From Oculatellaceae cyanobacterium bins.114 (GTDB lineage: Bacteria; Cyanobacteriota; Cyanobacteriia; Elainellales; Elainellaceae): a stretch of 34,864 nucleotides of DNA. The translations under genes and the position numbers were made by a program. Within the stretch, counting starts at the first letter, position 1; each line of letters starts with the position of its first letter. The notes beneath the pieces are model-generated. The model was not told the origin of the DNA. It ran no database searches and was given only the letters and a program-made list of their open reading frames with translations. Location: positions 1 through 34,864 of the forward strand of contig JANRJA010000150.1 of assembly GCA_033764315.1 (NCBI GenBank), written 5' to 3'. Shown piece after piece: positions 1-9,329 of this stretch.

Positions 1-117
1 TGCCCACTATGCCTTGAAAATCATGGATGGGAAGCTGGCGTAGTGGTTGATGAAGATGAATCTGAGTACATTGTTGAGTGCGTTAACTGCAACACTGTTT
101 TCCCAGTCGAGGAATAA
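1..117 (+). CDS. 3' end of a putative zinc-ribbon protein (partial, truncated by window edge)
   Basis: Frame +1 is open from base 1: CPLCLENHGWEAGVVVDEDESEYIVECVNCNTVFPVEE then TAA at 115-117. It has two CxxC motifs 22 aa apart. Not in the ORF track. Confidence 0.6.
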   Translation, partial: CPLCLENHGWEAGVVVDEDESEYIVECVNCNTVFPVEE

Positions 118-190
<73 letters not shown>

Positions 191-429
191 GAAGGGGAAC
201 TAAATCTCTAACAACACAACTTGGTAAGAAGATTACCTAACCAACCTTACTTCAGTGTAAGTAATACCTGTTAAAGGGGGTTGCTTGCTGCAAGACATTT
301 GGTGCTTAACTAAGCTAACAAACTTACGTACCCTTGGCAAGCTATCTTTTGATACTGAGTCAAAAAATTTTAAAGGGGCTGAGAAAGGGTGTTAATCAAA
401 GCTTTAGGATACTGCTTTAAGCCTGCTCT

Positions 430-461
430 TGAGGGCGTTGTATCCCAACACAACGCCCTCA
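430..461. terminator. Hairpin downstream of the PPC-domain gene (possible terminator or stabiliser)
   Basis: TGAGGGCGTTGT/ACAACGCCCTCA is a perfect 12-bp stem 12 nt past the stop codon. There is no clear U-tract on the minus strand. Confidence 0.5.
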
Positions 462-473
462 CTTGAGACACCC

Positions 474-926
474 TTAAACGGGGCGCAAACGAGTTACTTT
501 CAGAGTAAAGCTGCCTGTGCCTTGCCCACCATAAGGTCTAACACGCACGATGTAATTACCAGGTTGAGTCACCCGAGTAAATAATAGTGAGTTGGTTGTG
601 CCATCAGGACCATCGTCATTTTCACCCACGGTTGATCCATCGGGGGCAATCAGCGTAATGATGGTATCGAACTCCTCAGATGTTAAATCCATCACGACTT
701 GATCGCCTTCTTCAAAACTGACGATATAGTCGCGAGCAAATCCTCCAAACCCGGTAGGAATATCTTTATCCGTTAAAGTATCTGTAATTTCATTACTTGA
801 AGGCAACCGAACTGGGTTATACATTTGAGATTGGGCATTAGCTCTGAGGCTGGTCATGCCAATGGTTAGAACGGTTGCTGGAATAATTAGAGGAAGACTC
901 AGTCTAGCGATTAGGGATTTACGCAT
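474..926 (-). CDS. Secreted stand-alone PPC (pre-peptidase C-terminal) domain protein
   Basis: Signal peptide ending ANA-Q and the PPC-like motif FDTIITLIAPDGSTVGENDDG...NSLL...PGNYIVRV. Start placed at ATG 926. Confidence 0.8.
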   Translation of the reverse strand: MRKSLIARLSLPLIIPATVLTIGMTSLRANAQSQMYNPVRLPSSNEITDTLTDKDIPTGFGGFARDYIVSFEEGDQVVMDLTSEEFDTIITLIAPDGSTVGENDDGPDGTTNSLLFTRVTQPGNYIVRVRPYGGQGTGSFTLKVTRLRPV

Positions 927-1092
927 GAATGTGATATATCTCGCCAAGTAGAAGTAGAACTCGTCAATTATGACTTATTTTTTTAGGGAGTAGGTCAACC
1001 TTGAATAACGTAACGTTTTAAGGGTTCAAACCTCATTTCTAACAGAGAGAATGAGTGATCGCTCGTTCTTTTCTGGATTTACTTTAATGATC

Positions 1093-1185
1093 TATAGCAA
1101 TCCCAAACGGGTTGTGAGAGGTGCACCTCTCAGGGGTACGCCTCTCACAACCTGCCAATCTCACAACTGATTTAGGACTGCTATA
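1093..1185. mobile_element. MITE with TATAGC termini (IS630/Tc1-mariner-like ends)
   Basis: Left end TATAGCAATCCCAAACGGGTTGTGAGA versus reverse complement of right end TATAGCAGTCCTAAATCAGTTGTGAGA (22/27). Internal hairpin GGTTGTGAGAGG...CCTCTCACAACC. No ORF. Confidence 0.75.
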
Positions 1186-1254
1186 AAGCGTTTTGTGAGT
1201 GTTATTTACTAATAAACACTCGGTCTATCACTCAACTCATTCTGCGAATTTAAT

Positions 1255-1950
1255 ATGGCAACGCTTATCTTAGTTCGTCATGGTCAGAGTACCTGGAATG
1301 CTGCAAATCGCTTTACGGGTTGGGTCGATGTTCCGCTAAATCAGGTTGGGCGACAACAGGCGATCGCGGCTGCCCAAAAAATCAGTGTCTACCCCATTAA
1401 AGTTGCTTTTACCAGTCTGCTAATGCGGGCGATGGAGACAGCAGCGATTTGTCTAACAGAAGGTGGGGGAGTGCTTAGTGGCAAAAGTCCAGTATTTAAG
1501 CACGACGCTGATGACCCCGATTGGCATGGTTGGGATGTCTATGAAGGAGATCACAGTCAAGAGATTCCAATTTTTCCAGTTCAGGCATTAGATGAGCGCA
1601 ACTACGGTCAGTTGCAGGGGTTTAACAAAGAAGAAATGGTGCTTAAGGTTGGGGCTGAGACTGTGCATCAATGGCGGCGATCGTACTCAACTCGTCCACC
1701 CGGTGGAGAAAGCTTAGAAGATACAGTGGCACGAACCGTTCCCTTTTTTCGCGATCGCATTCTCAAGCATCTCATCGCAGGAGAAAGTGTTTTAGTCGCT
1801 GCCCACGGAAACTCGTTGCGAGCCGTCATCATGTATCTCGATCGCCTCACGTCTGAACAAGTGGTTCATTTAGAACTGGCAACAGGTGTGCCTATCGTCT
1901 ATGAAATTGATGGTCAAGGAAGCGTTATTGAGAAAAGCGTTTTGATATGA
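1255..1950 (+). CDS. gpmA: 2,3-bisphosphoglycerate-dependent phosphoglycerate mutase
   Basis: Motifs LVRHGQSTWN, FTGWVDVPL, LDERNYGQLQG, WRRSY..RPPGGESL and AHGNSLR. Confidence 0.93.
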   Translation: MATLILVRHGQSTWNAANRFTGWVDVPLNQVGRQQAIAAAQKISVYPIKVAFTSLLMRAMETAAICLTEGGGVLSGKSPVFKHDADDPDWHGWDVYEGDHSQEIPIFPVQALDERNYGQLQGFNKEEMVLKVGAETVHQWRRSYSTRPPGGESLEDTVARTVPFFRDRILKHLIAGESVLVAAHGNSLRAVIMYLDRLTSEQVVHLELATGVPIVYEIDGQGSVIEKSVLI

Positions 1951-1974
1951 CAGGGTGACGCGGTCAAAGGGAAA

Positions 1975-2016
1975 ATCCCTAGAAACCGGGGATCTGGAAT
2001 AGTCGCACATCGGGTA
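1975..2016 (+). repeat. Dispersed 42-bp repeat, copy 1
   Basis: ATCCCTAGAAACCGGGGATCTGGAATAGTCGCACATCGGGTA matches the reverse complement of 11467-11508 at 40/42. Confidence 0.85.
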
Positions 2017-2139
2017 ATAACCAATAACCCTTCCCCAATCCCAACTCCATGATCAATTAACTCTCTAATCTACAAACCCTTGAACCAAGAAAGAAGGAAG
2101 GAAGTAAAATTAAGAAATATTAATGCTTGGATTTGGGTT

Positions 2140-2400
2140 ATGAGCGCAAACGTTGAGATTTATACCTGGAGCCGTTGTCCTTTCTGTATTCGAGCTAAAG
2201 CCCTGTTGAACGAGAAAGGGGTTGAGTTTACAGAGTATTGTATTGATGGTGATGAAGTGGCGCGTGCCAAAATGTCGCAACGTGCTCATGGGCGGCGATC
2301 GCTCCCTCAAATCTTCATTGACGACCAACATGTCGGGGGCTGCGACGATTTGCATCTGCTAGAGGATCAAGGCAAGCTAGATTCGCTATTGCACGCTTAA
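2140..2400 (+). CDS. grxC: Glutaredoxin 3
   Basis: CPFC active site and the SLPQIFI, GGCDDL motifs. ATG at 2140. Lies upstream of gshB. Confidence 0.95.
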   Translation: MSANVEIYTWSRCPFCIRAKALLNEKGVEFTEYCIDGDEVARAKMSQRAHGRRSLPQIFIDDQHVGGCDDLHLLEDQGKLDSLLHA

Positions 2401-2436
2401 TGCCTCTCATTCACTCAATTTTTCTGAGGTTAACCT

Positions 2437-3405
2437 GTGAAATTTGCCTTTATTATTGACCCGATTCACAAGCTTGATCCGGGGCATGATACCAGTGTGG
2501 CAATGATGGAAGCCGCACAGGAGTTAGGACACGAGATTTGGATTACAGAAGCCCATCAGTTGAGTGTGATAGCAGGCAAGGCATGGGCAGTGTTGCAATC
2601 GGTGCAGCTGACTCCTGTGCAGTTAATTGAGGGACGCTGGGTTGCCCCACTGAGTTGGTATGAGGCAGGCGATCGCCTGTTAATGCCATTAGAAGAAATG
2701 GATGCAGTATTTATGCGCACCGATCCACCGGTGACGATTCCCTACCTCTATGCCACCTATATCCTTGATTACGTTGATCCGGATCGCACTCTGGTAGTCA
2801 ACTCACCGGCTGGACTGCGAACGGCGAACGAAAAAATGTATGCGTTGCAATTTACTGGAGCTATTCCTGAAACGATTGTCACGCAAGACAAACAGATCAT
2901 TCGCGAGTTTGTCGAGCAACATGGAGCAGGGGTGCTGAAGCCATTAGGCGGCAAGGCAGGAGAGGGCATTCTATATCTAGAGCCAAGCGATCGCAACTTC
3001 AACTCGTTGATAGAGATCAGCACTCAACAACATCGCTATCCGATCATGGTGCAGGCTTACCTACCCGCTGCTAAGGATGGCGATAAACGGGTTATTTTGT
3101 TAGATGGTGAGCCGATTGGAGCCGTCAATCGCATTCCCACAGGACGCGAGTTTCGAGGCAATATGGCCGTTGGTGGACGGGTGGCCGCGGTTGATATTAC
3201 CGAGCGCGATCGCCAGATTTGCTCCCAACTTGCCCCCACCTTGCAACGAGATGGCTTATTCTTTGTAGGGATTGATATCATCGGTGGCTACCTGACCGAA
3301 GTGAACGTAACCAGCCCAACCGGAATTCGCGAGATCGATCGTCTCAGTGGAGTGCGATTGGGCAATCAAGTTGCCCAGTGGGTCGAGAACAAAAGGAAAA
3401 AATAA
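2437..3405 (+). CDS. gshB: Glutathione synthetase
   Basis: Motifs DTSVAMMEAAQ, MRTDPP, NEK, FRGNMAVGG and EVNVTSPTG. Confidence 0.97.
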   Translation: MKFAFIIDPIHKLDPGHDTSVAMMEAAQELGHEIWITEAHQLSVIAGKAWAVLQSVQLTPVQLIEGRWVAPLSWYEAGDRLLMPLEEMDAVFMRTDPPVTIPYLYATYILDYVDPDRTLVVNSPAGLRTANEKMYALQFTGAIPETIVTQDKQIIREFVEQHGAGVLKPLGGKAGEGILYLEPSDRNFNSLIEISTQQHRYPIMVQAYLPAAKDGDKRVILLDGEPIGAVNRIPTGREFRGNMAVGGRVAAVDITERDRQICSQLAPTLQRDGLFFVGIDIIGGYLTEVNVTSPTGIREIDRLSGVRLGNQVAQWVENKRKK

Positions 3406-3582
3406 AATCGAAAAAAGAAAAAATAAGAAAGAGGGCTGAGTTAACGGTCGATAGGCATAATCAGACGTGGTTAACCGTTTAAAAATGGGCTATTAAGCAA
3501 GTGCCTTGTCTTGGTTACTCGTCCTCGGCTGATCCTTGCTCTTGATTCATTATTTTTCTCTGCTTTCTGCCCTCTTCCTGGC

Positions 3583-3624
3583 GTATCCAAAAATACAATT
3601 CCGATAACAGGGTTTTAGTAGCGT
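3583..3624 (+). promoter_or_regulatory. Canonical NtcA-activated promoter
   Basis: GTA-TCCAAAAA-TAC (3583-3596), then exactly 22 nt, then TAGCGT (3619-3624). This fits GTA-N8-TAC-N22-TAN3T. Confidence 0.8.
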
Positions 3625-3793
3625 CTAAAAGCAGCTTGAGCGTTAACTGGACTATTTTAGTTAGGCGCGTAGACGGCTTGATGCAGTTACATCTTAGTGA
3701 GTTGTAAGGTTTAGGTTTGTCAGGACGCTATTTTGGGTAGCTTTAAGGTCTAAGGTTTGACGGTTTGGTTCTGATTTAGTAAGGAGAGTTTGA

Positions 3794-4888
3794 ATGAGTC
3801 AACTGCATGATTCCAACGCGATGTCTGGACTTAATCGTCGTAAGTTTTTGCAATATGGGGCGATCGCTCTTGGAACAGGTCTTGCCACAGCTTGCACCGG
3901 AAACCAATCAACCGCTGAGTCTCCAGCGGCTGAAAGCCCTGCGTCTAGCCCTTCTGCTACGGGCGAGTTGACCAAAATCACCTATGGCACCAACTGGTAT
4001 GCCCAAGCGGAACACGGTGGTTTTTATCAAGCGGTTGCTACAGGTATTTATAAAGAATATGGCTTAGATGTCACCATTCAAATGGGAGGCCCCCAAGTCA
4101 ACGGTACTCAACTCTTGATGGGTGGAGCGATCGATTTCTTTATGGGATATGGCTCTGATGCTATTAAGTCCGTCGAAGAAGGTATTCCCAAAATCACCGT
4201 AGCGGCCATATTTCAAAAAGACCCTCAAATCTTGATGGCTCATCCCGACACGGCTGACTCTCTTGAAGACCTGAAGGGCAGACCTATTTTTATTTCACAA
4301 TCGGCAAATGTTACCTATTGGCCCTTCCTCAGAACTAAGTTTGGCTTTACAGACGAGCAAAAACGTCCTTACAACTTTAACCCTGGTCCTTTCTTAGCTG
4401 ACAAAACCTCTGTTCAACAGGGGTATCTCAGTTCTGAACCTCTGGCAATTCGTAAAGAGGGTGGGTTTGATCCGGTGGTCTTTTTGTTGGCTGACTTTGG
4501 CTATGATCCTTACTCCACAACGATTGAGTGCAAACGTGAGCTGGTTGAAACCAATCCTGATTTGGTGCAACGATTTGTTGATGCGTCTATCAAAGGGTGG
4601 TACAGCTATCTCTATGAAGATGCCTCAGCCGCAAATGAGCTGATTAAGCAAGCCAACCCCGAAATGACAGATGAACAAATTGCTTATGGCATTCAGAAAA
4701 TGAAGGAATACGGTATTGTGGAATCGGGTGAAGCCCTGGAGCTAGGAATTGGGGCAATGAGTGAAGAGCGATGGCAGTCATTTTTTAACACGATGGCGGA
4801 TCAAGGGGTGTTTCAGAAGGGCACTGACTACACTCAGGGTTATACGCTGCAATTTGTCAATAAAGGCGTAGATGCTTATAAAGCATAG
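3794..4888 (+). CDS. NMT1/THI5-like ABC substrate-binding lipoprotein
   Basis: Tat motif NRRKFL, lipobox ATAC and the motif TNWYAQAEHGGFYQA. AAGGAG RBS upstream. Confidence 0.88.
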   Translation: MSQLHDSNAMSGLNRRKFLQYGAIALGTGLATACTGNQSTAESPAAESPASSPSATGELTKITYGTNWYAQAEHGGFYQAVATGIYKEYGLDVTIQMGGPQVNGTQLLMGGAIDFFMGYGSDAIKSVEEGIPKITVAAIFQKDPQILMAHPDTADSLEDLKGRPIFISQSANVTYWPFLRTKFGFTDEQKRPYNFNPGPFLADKTSVQQGYLSSEPLAIRKEGGFDPVVFLLADFGYDPYSTTIECKRELVETNPDLVQRFVDASIKGWYSYLYEDASAANELIKQANPEMTDEQIAYGIQKMKEYGIVESGEALELGIGAMSEERWQSFFNTMADQGVFQKGTDYTQGYTLQFVNKGVDAYKA

Positions 4889-4947
4889 GGGTATTCTGAA
4901 GGTAGCCAAGTTAACCCATAAGCCATTATCAGAGGAACCTGTAAAGA

Positions 4948-5751
4948 ATGAATCTTGCTCCAGCGTTTACGCTCAGTGATGTCAGTAAGATCTACTCGAA
5001 TGGCACTGTTGCTTTGCGAGATCTAAATCTGACCGTTGGAGAGGGGCAGTTTGTGAGCTTAGTAGGTCCCTCTGGTTGTGGTAAAAGCACAGTTTTACGG
5101 ATGGTTGCTGGCTTGGGCAGCATGAGTTCGGGCGTGATTCAGTGGGGAAGTAGCTCTCCCCGCAAGCTAGCCTTTGTTTTTCAAGAGGCAGCTCTGATGC
5201 CTTGGGCATCGGTATATGACAATGTGCGATTGCCGCTTAAATTAGCTGGGGTTTCTCAATCTGCTTCTGAAGCGGCTGTTGCTGAAGCGATTCGCATGGT
5301 CGAGCTGAAAGGGTTTGAGCGGGCATACCCGCGAGAGCTATCAGGTGGCATGAAAATGCGGGTCTCGATCGCCCGATCACTCGTGACAAAGCCTGAAATT
5401 TTGTTGATGGATGAGCCATTTGGGGCACTCGATGAGATGACTCGTGGCAAGCTGAATAGTGATTTGCTGAACTTGTGGAGTGAAAAGCAGTGGACGGTGG
5501 TGTTTGTCACTCACAATATTTATGAAGCGGTTTATCTCTCTAATCGCGTGATTGTGATGGCAGCCCGACCAGGACGGGTAATCGCAGATGTGGCGATCGC
5601 GGCTCCTTATCCTCGCACTGAGGAGTTTCGCACCTCTCCCCTGTTTAATGAATATTGTCGAGATATTTCCCACACCTTGTCTCAAGCAACGGATCAATCC
5701 CTGATGAATGCGGCTAATGACAGTATGAACCTGTTCAATTCAGTTCTATGA
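4948..5751 (+). CDS. ABC transporter ATP-binding protein (NitT/TauT type)
   Basis: Walker A GPSGCGKS, signature LSGGM, Walker B LLMDEPF and H-loop VTH. Confidence 0.95.
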   Translation: MNLAPAFTLSDVSKIYSNGTVALRDLNLTVGEGQFVSLVGPSGCGKSTVLRMVAGLGSMSSGVIQWGSSSPRKLAFVFQEAALMPWASVYDNVRLPLKLAGVSQSASEAAVAEAIRMVELKGFERAYPRELSGGMKMRVSIARSLVTKPEILLMDEPFGALDEMTRGKLNSDLLNLWSEKQWTVVFVTHNIYEAVYLSNRVIVMAARPGRVIADVAIAAPYPRTEEFRTSPLFNEYCRDISHTLSQATDQSLMNAANDSMNLFNSVL

Positions 5752-5767
5752 ACTGCTCACTCTAGCT

Positions 5768-6742
5768 ATGGCTTTGCACAAACTGATTACCCTGGTTCTG
5801 ACTGTGTGGGAATGGTTGCCGTTCCACCTGGCTATTCCTAAAAATGCTAATCCTTTAGGAGGGTTTACTCGCGACCCAATCGTGTCTGAGGGGCAACAGG
5901 GTAGAAATAGCCAATCGCAACAACCCGGATGGGTGGCATGGCTGGGTTCTCCAGATGTGCTTGCACCGGTTGCTGTTGGGGTATTAGCCTTAGTGATTTG
6001 GGAAGTCGCAGTTCGAGTGTCAGGAATTCCACCCTATTTGTTGCCAGGTCCAATCTTGGTATTGCAAACGCTGATTAAGGAATGGGGCAGTCTATTTCCC
6101 TCATTGTTGACTACGCTCAAGATCACTGTAGTTGCGTTTGTGGCAGCGATCGCCTCTGGGTTACTCATTTCTGTTCTCTTTACTCAAAGCAAATGGATTG
6201 AGCGCAGCTTTTTTCCCTATGCCGTGATTTTGCAGACTACGCCCATTGTGGCGATCGCCCCTCTCATTATTATTTGGGTCAGACAAGTTGTGCCGGGGCA
6301 AAACTCCACGTTTGTGTCGCTGGTGATTTGTGCTTGGATTGTGGCATTCTTTCCAATTCTGTCAAACACTACTTTGGGGCTTAACAGTGCCGACCACAAT
6401 CTGCTAAACCTATTTCAACTTTATAAAGCATCCCGCTGGCAAACATTACTATATCTGAGGTTGCCTAGCGCGCTACCCTATTTTTTAGGAGGGTTACGGA
6501 TCAGCGGTGGATTGGCGTTAATCGGAGCAGTCGTCGCTGAGTTTGTTGCTGGCACCGGGGGGACTCAATCGGGTATTGCCTATCAAATTTTGATGTCTAG
6601 TTTTAATCTACAAATTCCCCGTATGTTTGCAGCCCTGCTCATGATTACTGCTTTAGGAGTCGCTATCTTTGTTCTATTAACCTTGTTATCTGATTTTTTG
6701 CTGCGTCACTGGCATGAAAGCGCAGTCAAACGAGAGAATTAA
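5768..6742 (+). CDS. ABC transporter permease (NitT/TauT type); true start may be further downstream
   Basis: Several TM helices and the motifs QTTPIVAIAP, LRLPSALPY and GAVVAEF. Confidence 0.9.
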   Translation: MALHKLITLVLTVWEWLPFHLAIPKNANPLGGFTRDPIVSEGQQGRNSQSQQPGWVAWLGSPDVLAPVAVGVLALVIWEVAVRVSGIPPYLLPGPILVLQTLIKEWGSLFPSLLTTLKITVVAFVAAIASGLLISVLFTQSKWIERSFFPYAVILQTTPIVAIAPLIIIWVRQVVPGQNSTFVSLVICAWIVAFFPILSNTTLGLNSADHNLLNLFQLYKASRWQTLLYLRLPSALPYFLGGLRISGGLALIGAVVAEFVAGTGGTQSGIAYQILMSSFNLQIPRMFAALLMITALGVAIFVLLTLLSDFLLRHWHESAVKREN

Positions 6743-7031
6743 GCTCGGACGGTTCACCAGGTGGCAGCCAGTAAGCAGAGCCATTACGCTTTCGTTGAAT
6801 TAACCCTTTTTCAAACAGTTCACGGCGCAACAGAGCTGGGTCACTGAATGTGTGATGCTGATTTAACAATGTGTTAACTTCTTTTTCGGTATAGGTTACC
6901 CCTGATGTAAATTTTTCCGCGAGGTACCACAATGCCAAGGTTTGAACTTTACTTCGGTTTCGTTTTGAGGGCCATTCCTTGAGTCGCCCTTGCTCATCTA
7001 AATAGGGTTTAAGTTGAGTGAAATCAATCAC
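6726..7031 (-). CDS. DUF2087-family small protein
   Basis: GRLKEWPSK...YTEKEVNTLL...DPALLRREL...R..NGSAYW matches the DUF2087 pattern as I recall it. Confidence 0.8.
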   Translation of the reverse strand: MIDFTQLKPYLDEQGRLKEWPSKRNRSKVQTLALWYLAEKFTSGVTYTEKEVNTLLNQHHTFSDPALLRRELFEKGLIQRKRNGSAYWLPPGEPSELNSLV

Positions 7032-7070
7032 TGGCTCATTCCAGGTTTACTTTCCGCATTCTATCGACAA

Positions 7071-8438
7071 ATGACTCATCTTAACTTCCCCCATTTGAGA
7101 GCTGATCATTACTGGCTCACCAATGCTCATGTCCCTGCTCCGTTGTTAATCGGCGATGACCTGCCTGAAGTGGATGAGCTTGCTCACGTTGACTTAGAGA
7201 TTACCAATGGAACCATTACCCAAATTGTGGCGCATGGCTCTGGCCATCTGATTGAGGACACCGTTCCGACAATTGACCTCAAGCGAGGACAGGTTTGGAG
7301 TGGTTTTGTGGATCTGCACACGCATTTAGATAAAGGACATATTTGGCAGCGATCGCCCAATCGCAGTGGAACGTTTCAAGAAGCCCTGCAACGCGTGCAG
7401 TGTGATAGCGAAAAGTACTGGGATGCAGAAGATGTTTATCGTCGTATGGAATTTGCCTTGAAGTGCAGCTATGCAAACGGCACAACGGCAATTCGGACTC
7501 ACATTGACTCGGCTGGCAAACAAAGTGAAATTAGCTTTAAGGTGTTCAAGACTCTTCAGGCTGAGTGGAGCGATCGCCTGACCCTTCAAGCGGTTTCTCT
7601 AGTTCCCATTGACTACTTCCAAACCCCAGAAGGAGAAAAACTAGCCGATCTGGTCGCTGAGGTAGGTGGCATTTTAGGAGGGGTCGTCTTCATGAGAGAT
7701 GACCTAGACGCCAAACTCGATCGTGTCTTTGAACTGGCAAGCGAGCGTCAGCTCAGCTTAGACTTTCACACGGATGAAAGTGGTGATCCTGATGACATCG
7801 CTTTGCGCCAGGTGGCTTATGCGGTGCTACGTCACGATTTTACAAAACAGGTTGTTTGTGGTCACTGTTGTAGTCTCGCTGTGCAATCGTCTAGTGAGGT
7901 CTTCAAAACGTTAAAAGCGGTTAAACAAGCCAATATTGGAGTTGTCAGTTTGCCGATGTGCAATCTGTATCTGCAAGATCGCAATCAAGATGCTTCGCAG
8001 CACTTTTCTCCAGACTTGTTGCTACATGAACAGTTTCCCTCTCAAACACCTCGCTGGCGCGGCATTACCTTGATTCATGAGCTAAAACACTATGGCGTGC
8101 CTGTGGCGGTTGCTAGTGACAACTGCCGTGATCCTTTCTACAGCTATGGCAATCACGATGTTCTAGAAGTCTTTAACCAAGCAACACGAATTGCTCAATT
8201 CGATGCTCCTTTTACAGATTGGTGCCAAACGGTCACTACAACTCCAGCTGATCTGATGGGGTTGCCTACAGTAGGACGTATTGGTGTGGGCTTGCCTGCA
8301 AATCTTGTTTTATTCAAGGCTCGCTATTTTAACGAGTTGCTTGCTCGTCCTCAGAGCGATCGAGTAGTGTTGCGGTTTGGTCAACCCATCAACACCTCAC
8401 TACCTGATTATTCAGAGTTAGACGACCTTTTAATCTAG
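7071..8438 (+). CDS. codA: Cytosine deaminase-like metal-dependent amidohydrolase
   Basis: Metal motif DLHTHLDK plus GTTAIRTH, DFHTDE, GHCCSL and SDNCRDPFY. ATG at 7071. Confidence 0.85.
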   Translation: MTHLNFPHLRADHYWLTNAHVPAPLLIGDDLPEVDELAHVDLEITNGTITQIVAHGSGHLIEDTVPTIDLKRGQVWSGFVDLHTHLDKGHIWQRSPNRSGTFQEALQRVQCDSEKYWDAEDVYRRMEFALKCSYANGTTAIRTHIDSAGKQSEISFKVFKTLQAEWSDRLTLQAVSLVPIDYFQTPEGEKLADLVAEVGGILGGVVFMRDDLDAKLDRVFELASERQLSLDFHTDESGDPDDIALRQVAYAVLRHDFTKQVVCGHCCSLAVQSSSEVFKTLKAVKQANIGVVSLPMCNLYLQDRNQDASQHFSPDLLLHEQFPSQTPRWRGITLIHELKHYGVPVAVASDNCRDPFYSYGNHDVLEVFNQATRIAQFDAPFTDWCQTVTTTPADLMGLPTVGRIGVGLPANLVLFKARYFNELLARPQSDRVVLRFGQPINTSLPDYSELDDLLI

Positions 8439-8634
8439 TAGTTTTTTGCCCATAAACTGACCTGTCAGTTATTAATATCAAATCCTTTTAGAGGGGCTTA
8501 GTCTGCTCTGCCTTGACAGACCTGCCTTTAACGACCCTAATACCCATTCTCCAAATCAAATAGAACTGCTGTATGGCTATTAATGAGCTTTGTTAACTTG
8601 CGTTTGAAAACACCCTCATCACCCTCTAAAAATG

Positions 8635-8662
8635 AGTGACTCAACCCTTAGACTGAGTCACT
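8635..8662. terminator. Hairpin between the convergent codA-like and cyAbrB genes
   Basis: AGTGACTCA/TGAGTCACT is a 9-bp perfect stem. The T-tract is weak. Confidence 0.4.
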
Positions 8663-8876
8663 GACGATAAACCTCTAGATTAATAGCTTTACGGACAACC
8701 TGATTAATGCGTTAACAGCATGCTATAAACCGCTTTAGTATCGATTCGAGCAGCAGTGACAGATGGAAAAACTACACTTTGTCAGCATCAGTTCATTAGA
8801 GTTTTAATTGAAGTGTTTTGAGGACAAATCCTAATACTTCAGCTAAAAATAAGCTTACTGTTCCTATAAGGAAGAG

Positions 8877-9329
8877 TTATTCATCATCCTCATCATCGTC
8901 TTCATCATCGTCTTCATCATCCTCAAAGTCATCCATAGCTCCATTGAGGTCGCCCTTGCGATCGCCATCAATTTGAATCAGATGAATGTGTTTGTAACCT
9001 AGCTTAATTTCAAATTCATCCCCTGGCTTTAGACCCATTTTTTCAGTGTAGGTCGCACCAATAACGATTTGCCCATTTTTATGAACACTGACTCGATAGG
9101 TTGGTTCTCGACCTCTACCATCTTTTGGGCTTTCTGCGCTTAAGGATGTGCCCTTAGCTGCTAGCAATGCCTCAAAAAAATCTGCTAGGTTGACGCGGGT
9201 TTGATTATTTTTTCCAACTGTGTAATAGCCGCAACGTCTGGCTTTTTCTCGCCGCGGCAAGTGTGAAAGTTCTTTAACTTTTTGCAGTAGTGCTTTTCCT
9301 GTAAGCGGCTGCGTTGCTGTCTCAGTCAT
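8877..9329 (-). CDS. calA: Cyanobacterial AbrB-like regulator (cyAbrB1/CalA type)
   Basis: PLTGKALL.KVKEL, CGYY, GRGREPTYRVSVH.NGQIVIGATYT and PGDEFEIKLGYKHIHL, followed by an acidic tail. Confidence 0.88.
   Translation of the reverse strand: MTETATQPLTGKALLQKVKELSHLPRREKARRCGYYTVGKNNQTRVNLADFFEALLAAKGTSLSAESPKDGRGREPTYRVSVHKNGQIVIGATYTEKMGLKPGDEFEIKLGYKHIHLIQIDGDRKGDLNGAMDDFEDDEDDDEDDDEDDE

Noticed and set aside
3630..3793. TPP or guanidine riboswitch in the ABC operon leader
   Set aside because: The conserved cores (CTGAGA...ACCTGA for TPP; CTAGGGTTCCG for guanidine-I) are absent.
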